A stretch of DNA of 64,000 nt from Flavobacteriales bacterium (lineage in GTDB: Bacteria; Bacteroidota; Bacteroidia; Flavobacteriales_D; Crocinitomicaceae). The notes under the pieces are model-generated. The model saw nothing but the letters and a program-made list of their open reading frames with translations, searched no databases and was not told the DNA's origin. The position numbers and the translations under genes are program-made. Position 1 is the stretch's first letter. The number at the start of each line of letters is the position of its first letter. The stretch is taken from NCBI GenBank assembly GCA_947491305.1, contig CANLIL010000001.1:30814-94813 (forward strand). The letters run 5' to 3'. Positions 1 to 8,101 of the stretch are shown piece by piece.

Positions 1-147
1 AAACACAATTTCAGTAACACTATTGTCTTCGCTAATTATGGTTAATTCATAGTCAAAAAAAACAGATCGCCAAAAAGAAAGCATGTATTCCATGGAACGA
101 ACGCTTTGTCCTCCATTATTATGAAATTTTAGATAAACGGGAATCAT
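1..147 (-). CDS. hypothetical protein, N-terminal fragment (gene runs off left edge)
   Basis: ATG at 147-145 (minus) opens MIPVYLKFHNNGGQSVRSMEYMLSFWRSVFFDYELTIISEDNSVTEIVF with no stop up to position 1. It lies 10 nt downstream of the preceding same-strand gene. Confidence 0.35.
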   Translation of the reverse strand, partial: MIPVYLKFHNNGGQSVRSMEYMLSFWRSVFFDYELTIISEDNSVTEIVF

Positions 148-157
148 GCTTTAATTT

Positions 158-1525
158 TTAGTTTGTGATTTTTTTGTCTTTTTCTTGTTTGATTAAGTCT
201 TGTTGAGAAGGCGTATAATTATACATTATCGCATATAAGAAAGTTTGGGTTTTAACAAGTGTTCTAACATTATCCAACCATCCTTTGTCCTCACCCCAAA
301 ACTTATCAGGAAAAGCATAAGAAGTCGCAATAGAGCGTTTAATTGGGTTAATATGAGAAATGTTGTCAAACATTCTTTTATTTATGTCGTCACAGCTCCA
401 CTCTTTATTGTTGATTGAGTTATTGAAGTCATAATATTCTTTTTTCCAGAATATCTTACCTCTAAAACCAACACAATCAGGTTTACCCTCAATAGCGGCC
501 AAGATTATAGAAATGTATCTTTCGTGAACTGTATCGTCGTCGTCAATGAAAACAACGTATTCACCGCAAGAACTCTTCAAAAGACTGTTTCTCTTTTTTC
601 CAATAGGAATTTTAGCATCGTCTATTTCGTACAAAATTTCTACATCCTCAAATAAATTGTCTTCTTTGATTTGTTTGTTTAATGAGTTCAAAAGGCTTTT
701 AAATTGTTCTTCTCTCTCGAAAATAGAACAAATCAAAATAGAAAGTTTTTTTTCAGGTATTTTGTTTTGCTGTAAATCTTGCTTTTTTGGATTAGCAAAG
801 CTGTCAATATAGTCTAAAAGTATTCTTGCATGATCGTCTCTTTCACCTTTTTTGGATTCATATAAACTAACTAATTCAGGATTTATTTTAGCTTCATTCT
901 CTTTATAAACATCGTCAATACCTCTTGAATTTTCAGTAGCAGGGTGATAGTGGATAACTTCAACATCGTTCAAGTAAACGAATCTATTAATTGATTTAGA
1001 AACTTCATCAAGCCACGTATCAGCATACCAATAGCCAAAATAAGGAGGCGTGAAAAAACCAACTAATTCAACCCATTTTCTATGAACAAAACCATGAACA
1101 CCAATGCTTCCGTTTTGGTAGCCATCTCTTGTGGCTACATAGGCAATATTATCTGGTATTGCTTTAAACGTTTCTAATACACGAACATCCCAATCTTTTG
1201 TTAAAAACTCAACATCGTCACCGCATAGCATAACGTATGTTCCTGTAGATTTTTCAAATGCGTGATTCCACATATCACTGAACAATACCTTTTCTTCAGT
1301 AGTACACCATAAAATAGTAATGTTTTCGTGTGTGTTTGATTTTGCATCCCAAAGGTGCTCAATGGTTTTTTGATCATCGTTATCAACATAAAAAACAACT
1401 TCTAAGCCACCACTAGATAATAGCGAATCAGAGGTAGTTGCTTGTAAAGATTGTAAAACACGAGATATATTTTCGGTTCTGTTTTTAGTTGGAATAAGGA
1501 TGCTAATAAGTGCTTTATTTTCCAT
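158..1525 (-). CDS. two-domain family-2-like (GT-A) glycosyltransferase
   Basis: Two tandem GT2-like modules. The first reads 'ISILIPTKNRTENISRVLQSL..VVFYVDNDD..MLCGDDVEF'. The second reads 'LSILICSIFEREEQFKSLLNSLNKQI..YVVFIDDDDTV'. Each has a Rossmann-like start plus DxD-type acidic motifs. Confidence 0.7.
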   Translation of the reverse strand: MENKALISILIPTKNRTENISRVLQSLQATTSDSLLSSGGLEVVFYVDNDDQKTIEHLWDAKSNTHENITILWCTTEEKVLFSDMWNHAFEKSTGTYVMLCGDDVEFLTKDWDVRVLETFKAIPDNIAYVATRDGYQNGSIGVHGFVHRKWVELVGFFTPPYFGYWYADTWLDEVSKSINRFVYLNDVEVIHYHPATENSRGIDDVYKENEAKINPELVSLYESKKGERDDHARILLDYIDSFANPKKQDLQQNKIPEKKLSILICSIFEREEQFKSLLNSLNKQIKEDNLFEDVEILYEIDDAKIPIGKKRNSLLKSSCGEYVVFIDDDDTVHERYISIILAAIEGKPDCVGFRGKIFWKKEYYDFNNSINNKEWSCDDINKRMFDNISHINPIKRSIATSYAFPDKFWGEDKGWLDNVRTLVKTQTFLYAIMYNYTPSQQDLIKQEKDKKITN

Positions 1526-1583
1526 TTTTTTTTAGTTTTTTCGGTTTTATAAAATGTTATTAGTGGTTTATAATAGTTTTTAT

Positions 1584-1591
1584 CAAATATA
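1584..1591 (-). promoter_or_regulatory. candidate Bacteroidota -7 box (TATATTTG on minus strand)
   Basis: Forward caaatata is TAnnTTTG on the minus strand, 59 nt upstream of the ATG at 1525. Confidence 0.3.
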
Positions 1592-1626
1592 GTTGTTTTT
1601 AAAATACGCAATAAAAAAATTTTTTT

Positions 1627-2262
1627 TTATATTAAAACTGCATTCATAACCTCTAAACATAGTTCGTGTGGAATAATACTTCGGTCGTAACTCCCCTTTT
1701 TTCCTTGAGTTCCTGTTCGTGAACCTCTCGGCGCTCGTTCATGGTGACAATCAGGATTTCCATTTTTACAAGCAGGTCTTGGAGTCCAATTTTCATTATT
1801 AGTCCAAATATCAGTCGGCTTGGCTCTATTATCACCGTAAGCGCAGTACCAAACTGTATGCCGTTTAAACCTTTGCATAAATGGCATTTTTCGCAACATA
1901 CCTCTAGGGTTTTCGATATAAAATAAGAAGTTTGGATTTAGCTTTAACCATTCATCAATCATTGATATAAAATGTTGGTTTACTCGGTCGCATTTAATGG
2001 CATATTCTGATAATGGCTCAATTCCTTTTCTATGAACACTTATTGCTGCCATTGAATACGTTGCACAGTCAGGAGAAAACCACCCCCAATCAGGTATAAA
2101 TGGTACATCTTTGATAGTCATAAATTCAACATCACCAACATAATCAATGTTTTCAAATGGTTTCCAATCAATACTAAAAACTTTCATTCCTAAACTTTCG
2201 GCAACTTTTCCAATGGATCTACTACCAGCGAAAAATTCTACCCCACTCTTTGTTTTTTTCAT
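1627..2262 (-). CDS. short DNA cytosine-C5 methyltransferase-like protein with deviant catalytic motif
   Basis: Motif I-like 'VEFFAGSRSIG', Cys motif 'FSPDCATYS' (canonical P-C-Q replaced by D-C-A), motif VI-like 'ENPRG', and C-terminal 'YGDNRAKPTDIWTN' / 'HERAPRGSRTGTQG'. Confidence 0.55.
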   Translation of the reverse strand: MKKTKSGVEFFAGSRSIGKVAESLGMKVFSIDWKPFENIDYVGDVEFMTIKDVPFIPDWGWFSPDCATYSMAAISVHRKGIEPLSEYAIKCDRVNQHFISMIDEWLKLNPNFLFYIENPRGMLRKMPFMQRFKRHTVWYCAYGDNRAKPTDIWTNNENWTPRPACKNGNPDCHHERAPRGSRTGTQGKKGSYDRSIIPHELCLEVMNAVLI

Positions 2263-2266
2263 AATT

Positions 2267-3073
2267 TTAATAAGTATAATAAATAGTCTTAATCTCTGGA
2301 AAATCTACTCTTGAAGTACAATTCTCTCGAAGATAGCATTTTTGACATTTTTCATAAGAAGGTTTCGCAACAAATCCTTTTTTTAATTCTTGTTCAAAGA
2401 ATTGTATTGCTAAAAACATTTGCTTTTCAAGTTTTGGATAGGCTTCATTATCCACCTCAATTTTGAAAATCTTATATTCATTTTCCTTTTTGCTACTGAA
2501 AACAAAGAAATAAAAATCAATTTCTTCACCAAACATTTTAAGCCAAAGAAATTTATAGGTAATTGCCTGAATAAGAATTTTATCTTTTGTTTCCAATGAA
2601 TCCTCAGACCAACCTGTTTCGCTCCATTTATCATTCAATAAAGCAGAATACTTTAAGTCGATAATTGCTTTTTTATTTGTTTCTTGATGTAGTGCGAGAA
2701 TATCCAAAATACCACCCAAATCCATACCTGAAACACCATTCAAACCTTCGTATTTCAGCTTTGTTCCGGTTTCAATTATTGAAAAACCATAATGCTTCAT
2801 TACTTTGTTGAAGTTTTCTTTCTGTGTATGAACTTTGGCATAGTCAGCTAAATACTCTCCGCTTTTTTTTGCCTTGGCTTGTGGAATAGAACCGTCTCTT
2901 GGTATTTGCCCGGTACAAATAAACTCAAAGTAATTACCTAAGTCCATTGGGTCTGTAGAAGGGAACTGAATTAAATCAACCCATTTAGCTTTTAAAACTA
3001 AACCGCACTCCAAACCATTTCTATAATCGTGTAGTGACTTGGCTAACGACTGAGACATTGTTATGTTAGGCAT
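2267..3073 (-). CDS. Cas4/RecB-like PD-(D/E)XK nuclease with C-terminal Cys cluster
   Basis: 'GGILDILAL..AIIDLKYS' (D..D-x-K), 'QAITYKF' (QxxxY) and 'CQKCYLRENC' (CX2CX5C), plus an upstream Cys, as in Fe-S Cas4/AddB-type nucleases. Confidence 0.6.
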   Translation of the reverse strand: MPNITMSQSLAKSLHDYRNGLECGLVLKAKWVDLIQFPSTDPMDLGNYFEFICTGQIPRDGSIPQAKAKKSGEYLADYAKVHTQKENFNKVMKHYGFSIIETGTKLKYEGLNGVSGMDLGGILDILALHQETNKKAIIDLKYSALLNDKWSETGWSEDSLETKDKILIQAITYKFLWLKMFGEEIDFYFFVFSSKKENEYKIFKIEVDNEAYPKLEKQMFLAIQFFEQELKKGFVAKPSYEKCQKCYLRENCTSRVDFPEIKTIYYTY

Positions 3074-3074
3074 G

Positions 3075-3362
3075 CTAATCTTGTTTTAATGAATAAAAAT
3101 GCTCTGGCTTACCATACAAGCCAGTAATCATTTTGTCTGATTTAAACAATGCGTTTTTAGAGCAAAGATTTGTTATTGCACGTCTAATTGACGTTAATGG
3201 AACCGATTTATTTGGGAAAAGCCCCCAAACTTGTGATGCTGTTAACGCTCGGTTTTCAGACTTAAAGATGCACTCAATTATAACTTCTTGATTTGCATTT
3301 TTATCAATAGCATCCAATAGCTGTTGATTTCTTAGGTTATTCGTGTTGTAGTAGTCTTGCAT
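3075..3362 (-). CDS. small protein, possible winged-helix DNA-binding protein
   Basis: 95 aa. 'LTASQVWGLFP..PLTSIRRAITNLCSKNALFK..GLYGKPEHFY' has helix-turn-helix plus wing-like spacing. The call is weak. Confidence 0.35.
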   Translation of the reverse strand: MQDYYNTNNLRNQQLLDAIDKNANQEVIIECIFKSENRALTASQVWGLFPNKSVPLTSIRRAITNLCSKNALFKSDKMITGLYGKPEHFYSLKQD

Positions 3363-3387
3363 GGTGGTTCATTTTAAAGGTTAACAA

Positions 3388-3936
3388 TTATATTTTTGGT
3401 TTTTTAAAAAACTTTTTTTTGGATTTAATAATCAATAATTTTACATACATTTCTTCTTTGGAAGGGTTGCTTTTTTCTTTCAAGTCGTTTAAGTAGGATA
3501 GTGAAATGAAAATATTGTTTTTCTCCAAATTTTTCTGAACGTCTTTAAATACATCAATTGTAGAAACGCTTTTATTCACGTTTGATGGATAAGTCACAGC
3601 AAAGTCTATTAATTGATAGTTCAATGGTTTGAATGAGTGTTTTTCTTTTAATGCAAGAATTATTTCTGCTTCGTTATTTATTTCTTCTTTGCTTATACTA
3701 CACTCAGTCTTGGTGCTAAAATGCGTATTTATTTTTTGGTATATTAACTCAACCTCCAGACAAGCATTATCAAGTTCTTGACGAATTTTATTGAACTGAT
3801 ATTCTTTGCTTTTAAGATCATTTTTAATCTCTTTAATGTCTGACTTATGTGACATAGACTTGACATATAAATAAGCAATAACAATTAATATTACTACAAA
3901 AGCTATGTCGTGTAGAAGAATTATATTTTCTCTCAT
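3388..3936 (-). CDS. N-terminally membrane-anchored coiled-coil protein, unknown function
   Basis: TM segment 'IAFVVILIVIAYLYV' followed by a K/E-rich helical region. ATGA overlap with the upstream ORF. Confidence 0.5.
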   Translation of the reverse strand: MRENIILLHDIAFVVILIVIAYLYVKSMSHKSDIKEIKNDLKSKEYQFNKIRQELDNACLEVELIYQKINTHFSTKTECSISKEEINNEAEIILALKEKHSFKPLNYQLIDFAVTYPSNVNKSVSTIDVFKDVQKNLEKNNIFISLSYLNDLKEKSNPSKEEMYVKLLIIKSKKKFFKKPKI

Positions 3937-4154
3937 TTTGTAAAGTGATTTTTTAGTGATTGTACCTTATTGTCTAATTCGTTAAAAAGAATATTAACAT
4001 CTTCGTCGGTATAAGAATAGTGTTCTTTATTCGATATTTTAGAAAGCTTACTGAAACTAACATCTACATTAAGTAGTCTATTTGCTTTTATACGTAAAAA
4101 TCTTTCTCTTTTTTCCTTGTTTTTATCCTTTTTATTCTTCATAAAAAATAGCAA
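3933..4154 (-). CDS. hypothetical protein
   Basis: 73-aa ORF with a 4-nt overlap with the next gene and a candidate -7 box 18 nt upstream. Confidence 0.45.
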   Translation of the reverse strand: MLFFMKNKKDKNKEKRERFLRIKANRLLNVDVSFSKLSKISNKEHYSYTDEDVNILFNELDNKVQSLKNHFTK

Positions 4155-4171
4155 ATTTGAAATAATGCGAA

Positions 4172-4179
4172 CAAACCTA
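4172..4179 (-). promoter_or_regulatory. candidate -7 box TAGGTTTG (minus strand)
   Basis: Forward caaaccta is TAnnTTTG on the minus strand, 18 nt upstream of the ATG at 4154. Confidence 0.35.
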
Positions 4180-4236
4180 CAAAAAAAAATCTTTTTTTTG
4201 ATTTAAAACTAAATATTTTTTACTAACAATTTAAAA

Positions 4237-4908
4237 TTAATCTATTTTAACTGATTTAACAAGTCCGCCTTTATAGAAAGAATACTCTATTTCAGGCAAC
4301 AAATAATGTGTTCTTAGTGTAGAAGCGCCGTGACCAATTTTTTCAGAAACTTTTCTTAGTAAGCCGTTAAAAATTTTAGGTCTCAACTTAGCGTCAGAAA
4401 CTTTTCCAATCTTACTTAGTTCTAAAACCATCATTCTATTTGCATTGTAACCACGAATATCTTTACTCTTTACGCCGTAATTGGATAAATAACGATTAAC
4501 ACGATCTGGCTTTATTCTAAAACCTTCTTTTGTTGTGAAAATAAATAGGTTGTTTCGCTTTTTGAGTTGTTTTAAAATTGTACTAGAAATTTCATCTGAA
4601 AAGCTTTTTTCGTGCCTCACTCCGCTTTTGCCAACATAATTAAGTTGAATCGTATTTCCTTCAATTTTAATGTGTTTGTTCTTGAATTGCGTTACTCCAA
4701 AGTGACCATTCGTGGCGCTTTCTTCATTACCAACTCGCTCGTGCGTAATTATCATTATTCGAATAACCAAAGCAGTCAATTGTTCTTTTTCGTCGCAGGA
4801 AAATAAGTCTGCTCTAATTTTTCTTTTTAAAGCGGACATTTTATTTCTTAAGTTGTAAATAGCTTCTTCTTTTTTTCCCCATCGGTTTATTAAATCGCTT
4901 TGTATCAT
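4237..4908 (-). CDS. minimal type IB DNA topoisomerase (catalytic domain only)
   Basis: 'ERVGNEE' (Arg), 'GVTQFKNKHIKIEGNTIQLNYVGKSGVRH' (Lys), 'SKDIRGYNAN' (Arg) and 'GHGASTLRTHYLLP' (His, then Tyr 9 residues later). Order and spacing match the poxvirus/bacterial TopIB R-K-R-H-Y pentad. Confidence 0.7.
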   Translation of the reverse strand: MIQSDLINRWGKKEEAIYNLRNKMSALKRKIRADLFSCDEKEQLTALVIRIMIITHERVGNEESATNGHFGVTQFKNKHIKIEGNTIQLNYVGKSGVRHEKSFSDEISSTILKQLKKRNNLFIFTTKEGFRIKPDRVNRYLSNYGVKSKDIRGYNANRMMVLELSKIGKVSDAKLRPKIFNGLLRKVSEKIGHGASTLRTHYLLPEIEYSFYKGGLVKSVKID

Positions 4909-4924
4909 TTTATTAGTTTTAAAA

Positions 4925-4932
4925 CAAAAGTA
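4925..4932 (-). promoter_or_regulatory. candidate -7 box TACTTTTG (minus strand)
   Basis: 17 nt upstream of the ATG at 4908. It sits back-to-back with the plus-strand box at 4934-4941. Confidence 0.4.
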
Positions 4933-4933
4933 G

Positions 4934-4941
4934 TATTTTTG
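4934..4941 (+). promoter_or_regulatory. candidate -7 box TATTTTTG (plus strand)
   Basis: TAnnTTTG lying 15 nt upstream of the ATG at 4956. Confidence 0.4.
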
Positions 4942-4955
4942 TCAAAAAAAATTAC

Positions 4956-5660
4956 ATGAATAACATCACTATTGAATCGACCGACCAATTAGTTTATGGC
5001 AATATCTCCAGAGAATACTTACCATTTTTAAAAACTGAAAACGAATTTACTGAGCTTAAAAAACATTTTATTGATTATCAGTTCCCGGACGTAGAAGAAA
5101 CATCTATGGAAATAAACAAAATAATCGACAGCCAAAAACGAGCAATCGAAAACCCAAGTTGGGAAAATTACAAGAAATTCATAATGGCTTGTGACACCAA
5201 CTTTAATCAGTATTTTGCAAAAGAATTAGCAAGGCTTGGCTTTGAAATGCCTTTAGATAAAGTTGTAGAAATTCAAAATGATTTAGGCGCTTTGATTGTA
5301 CAGCTAAAAATGCACTACCAAAGACCAAGACCGTTTTTGTTTTCATACTATACGCAACAAGACCTTAAACCATTTTCATCCGCAACGGCTCAAACACCAT
5401 CTTATCCTTCTGGACATAGCACGCATGCGTATTTCACCGCACACTTTTTAGGCTTTTTATTTCCGATAGCAAAAGACGATCTACTAAAAATAGCACAAAG
5501 AATTAGTCAATCGAGAGAAGTGATGGGTTTACACTATAATTCAGACTTAGAGTTTGGTAAAATGATTGGAACGGCATTAACGAAACACCCAAAGATTATT
5601 CAAAAATATTTTGTGATTCCGGAAAACGTTGTTGAAGAGAATAACGAACAACCAAAATGA
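4956..5660 (+). CDS. PAP2-superfamily (class A acid phosphatase / haloperoxidase-like) phosphatase
   Basis: All three signature blocks are intact: 'KMHYQRPRP' (KX6RP), 'YPSGHS' (PSGH) and 'SREVMGLHYNSD' (SRX5HX3D). There is no obvious signal peptide or TM segment. It is the only plus-strand gene in a 49-kb minus-strand run. Confidence 0.8.
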   Translation: MNNITIESTDQLVYGNISREYLPFLKTENEFTELKKHFIDYQFPDVEETSMEINKIIDSQKRAIENPSWENYKKFIMACDTNFNQYFAKELARLGFEMPLDKVVEIQNDLGALIVQLKMHYQRPRPFLFSYYTQQDLKPFSSATAQTPSYPSGHSTHAYFTAHFLGFLFPIAKDDLLKIAQRISQSREVMGLHYNSDLEFGKMIGTALTKHPKIIQKYFVIPENVVEENNEQPK

Positions 5661-5673
5661 AACAATAATCCTG

Positions 5674-6336
5674 CTATTTAGAAGGTTTAATAACTACAAA
5701 AACACCTCCATAACTTTTAGAGTCTTTGGATTTGTCAATTTTTCCTGAACTTAAAGGATAGCTTGTTTGTGAAACTGAATTGCTAACATTCCCTCCTACA
5801 CCAACAGCTTTGTTTTTTTCTATCTCCACAATAATATCGCAATGTGAAGCATAAGCAGATTGTGTGTCGTAAGTTACGCCAGCTTGGCGTGGATAGCATA
5901 CTAAATCACCAACTTCAACTTTTGTTTCGTTTGGTTTATAGCCCTTAAAACCACTAAGGTTTTGTTTTTTGTTTTTAATTGAATCTCTGATATAAACAGA
6001 ATGACTCGCATTGAATTTGAAATCATCAAAACCAGATTCCCGCATAACATAACTAATGAATGCAGCCGACCATGGTGTATTAATGTACCAACTATCGTTG
6101 TTGTTGATTTTAGCTCCTTTTTTCCAATAATCGCGAAGTCGTTGAATAGTATCTGAGTTACCTTCTTTTATTGATCCTTTGCCCCAGCTATCAAATTCGA
6201 GTTTAGCTAATTTAGCAGCGTTCTGGATTTTATTTTTACTATTTCCTCGCCTCAGTGTATAGAATGTTAATCCTACCACTAAAACGATTGCTACAACTGA
6301 CACACCAATTACTATATATTTTGTATTTTGACGCAT
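5674..6336 (-). CDS. membrane-anchored DUF2272-like putative cell-wall hydrolase
   Basis: N-terminal TM 'YIVIGVSVVAIVLVVGLTFY'. 'PWSAAFISYVM', 'GDLVCYPR', 'SHCDIIVEI' and 'GGNVSNSV' resemble DUF2272. Confidence 0.45.
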   Translation of the reverse strand: MRQNTKYIVIGVSVVAIVLVVGLTFYTLRRGNSKNKIQNAAKLAKLEFDSWGKGSIKEGNSDTIQRLRDYWKKGAKINNNDSWYINTPWSAAFISYVMRESGFDDFKFNASHSVYIRDSIKNKKQNLSGFKGYKPNETKVEVGDLVCYPRQAGVTYDTQSAYASHCDIIVEIEKNKAVGVGGNVSNSVSQTSYPLSSGKIDKSKDSKSYGGVFVVIKPSK

Positions 6337-6383
6337 TTTGAAAGAATAATAATTGAGGTTTAGTATTATTGGAAAACATAATG

Positions 6384-6506
6384 TTAATACGTGTCTGTGT
6401 AACGCGGCAAAGTTATTGTAATTCCTTTGTTGTTGATTCTCATATAGCTGTAAACGGCAATTAAGCCAAATACTACTCCTGCTGTGATTAAAACTTTATT
6501 ATTCAT
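6384..6506 (-). CDS. small single-pass membrane protein (40 aa; ORF trimmed to internal Met)
   Basis: MNNKVLITAGVVFGLIAVYSYM.. begins 6 nt after the stop of the upstream gene. The longer 60-aa version would overlap that gene. Confidence 0.4.
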   Translation of the reverse strand: MNNKVLITAGVVFGLIAVYSYMRINNKGITITLPRYTDTY

Positions 6507-6511
6507 TTTTT

Positions 6512-7183
6512 TTAATTTAAAAAGTAAATACTTGAAAGACCCAAAGTTAAGCCAATAAGCGCCCAAAAACTATTTTTTTGATATATTTTTTTTTTGTTTT
6601 CTACAACAATGTTATCCATGCTCTGAACTGTTAAATACTTATTTGAGTTTTTAACCTGAACAATAGGAACGGCTTTTTTCCACCATTTAGTTTTTTGACT
6701 ACCTATTGTTACACTCATGTCATTAGGAATAATCAAAGTGTCAATTTTAATTCCATCTAACAAAACTAAACCTCCGATTTCATATAGCGAATCTTTCTTA
6801 TGGAAGCGCTTAGGAACATTAATAGTGCCTTTCGGATATATTGTATCACTTTTGTAAATAGTGTCTCTGTAGCTTACAAAAATTGTGTCAAAAACAAACT
6901 TAGTTTCAATCTTTACTTTAGATTTTATTGATTTCCATTTTTCACCATCTAATCGAGCTTCTTTAAGTGCCGTTTTTAGATCAACAATGTTTTGATTTTG
7001 AATTGCAACAACTTCATTTTTTTCATTCAGGAAAGTTTTGTATTCTCCTTTTTGTCGCTCGAGTTTAGTTATTTCTTTCTGAGCTTTAGAAAGTTGTAAC
7101 GACTGATTCCAATAACACAAAACCGTCAAGAGTAAAAGGATAGCCGTTACAACTAAAACACGTACATAGATTTTGTTTCTCAT
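6512..7183 (-). CDS. bitopic membrane protein with coiled coil (lysis-cassette neighbour)
   Basis: N-terminal TM 'VRVLVVTAILLLLTVLCYW', a coiled coil ('LQLSKAQKEITKLERQKGEY') and a C-terminal TM 'FWALIGLTLGLSSIYFL'. It lies immediately downstream of the endolysin. Confidence 0.5.
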   Translation of the reverse strand: MRNKIYVRVLVVTAILLLLTVLCYWNQSLQLSKAQKEITKLERQKGEYKTFLNEKNEVVAIQNQNIVDLKTALKEARLDGEKWKSIKSKVKIETKFVFDTIFVSYRDTIYKSDTIYPKGTINVPKRFHKKDSLYEIGGLVLLDGIKIDTLIIPNDMSVTIGSQKTKWWKKAVPIVQVKNSNKYLTVQSMDNIVVENKKKIYQKNSFWALIGLTLGLSSIYFLN

Positions 7184-7196
7184 GGTTCTGTTTGTA

Positions 7197-7967
7197 TTAT
7201 TTGGTAATTTCTTTAATCCACTGATCTACTTTGTATGAAGGGCACGCTTTGTTTGAAAACTCATAGTGTCCGTGGTGAGTAGCAGCAGGAAGTTTGTCTT
7301 TAAACGCTTTGTAAATCAATTCTTGCGTTAGTCTTTGTTCTGGTGTTCGGTTGTCAAAAGATTTGATGTTTTTATCAATTCCACCAATATATGAAATATT
7401 AATAGAATCATAATTATGACCTGCTACTCCATTTGAAGGTAGGTTAAAGTCAACGGCATAAGTCCATTCCCCTTGTGGATTGATTATAATATGATAACCG
7501 GGTCTTGACCAACCTTTTGACTTTAAATGAAAATCAATTATTTGTTTTGTTGTTGCCGTTTGGTGCGAAGCTGTACAGTGCCAGATTATCTTTCTAATTT
7601 TTCTTTTGAAATCAAATCCATTAATCAATTTCACTAACTCCAAAGCTGAGGGAGAAGTTGGATACTTACCGTCAATTTTCGGGAACTTAGAAAAGTCAAT
7701 AACATCTTCATCTTCGAAATCTTCATCTTTACCACCTGTTGTTGCCGGGTTAATCATTACGATTTTACTCGATAACTTATCCCAAGTTCTTGATCCAACA
7801 ATACCATCGTCCAATAAACCATTTGCTCGTTGAAAAGCAATAACAGCCTTTTGAGTTACTTCACCAAAATTTTCAGTGATAGTAGGGTGAGTAAAAAAGC
7901 CTTTTTCTTTTAAAAGCTTTTGAAGTTCGGAAACATTTTTCCCTTTACTGCCTAATTTTAAAATCAT
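7197..7967 (-). CDS. endolysin: PG_binding_1-like domain plus N-acetylmuramoyl-L-alanine amidase (Amidase_2/PGRP)
   Basis: 'GSKGKNVSELQKLLKEKGF..DGIVGSRTWDKL' is a peptidoglycan-binding repeat. 'IIWHCTAS', 'GYHIII', 'SINISYIGG' and 'HYEFSNKACPS' are amidase_2 blocks. Confidence 0.8.
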   Translation of the reverse strand: MILKLGSKGKNVSELQKLLKEKGFFTHPTITENFGEVTQKAVIAFQRANGLLDDGIVGSRTWDKLSSKIVMINPATTGGKDEDFEDEDVIDFSKFPKIDGKYPTSPSALELVKLINGFDFKRKIRKIIWHCTASHQTATTKQIIDFHLKSKGWSRPGYHIIINPQGEWTYAVDFNLPSNGVAGHNYDSINISYIGGIDKNIKSFDNRTPEQRLTQELIYKAFKDKLPAATHHGHYEFSNKACPSYKVDQWIKEITK

Positions 7968-8101
7968 TTTTGTGAGTTTACTAAAACCTTAAAGTTAATT
8001 ATTGCCGTTAAGCCAAAAGTAATGATACCAACTATTACAAATATGGTATCAAGCTTTTCCTTGGTTGTTTTTTCTTTGAATTTTCTTTCTTGAACTATCA
8101 T
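7964..8101 (-). CDS. 45-aa single-pass membrane protein (holin-like candidate), below the ORF-track cutoff
   Basis: Hand translation gives MIVQERKFKEKTTKEKLDTIFVIVGIITFGLTAIINFKVLVNSQK. There are ATGA overlaps at both ends, with the GH19 gene upstream and the amidase gene downstream. Confidence 0.5.
   Translation of the reverse strand: MIVQERKFKEKTTKEKLDTIFVIVGIITFGLTAIINFKVLVNSQK

Noticed and set aside
4181-4200. A9-TC-T8 tract that could fold as a hairpin or terminator after the topoisomerase gene.
   Set aside because: A pure A:T stem would be very weak. It is more likely just homopolymeric intergenic DNA.
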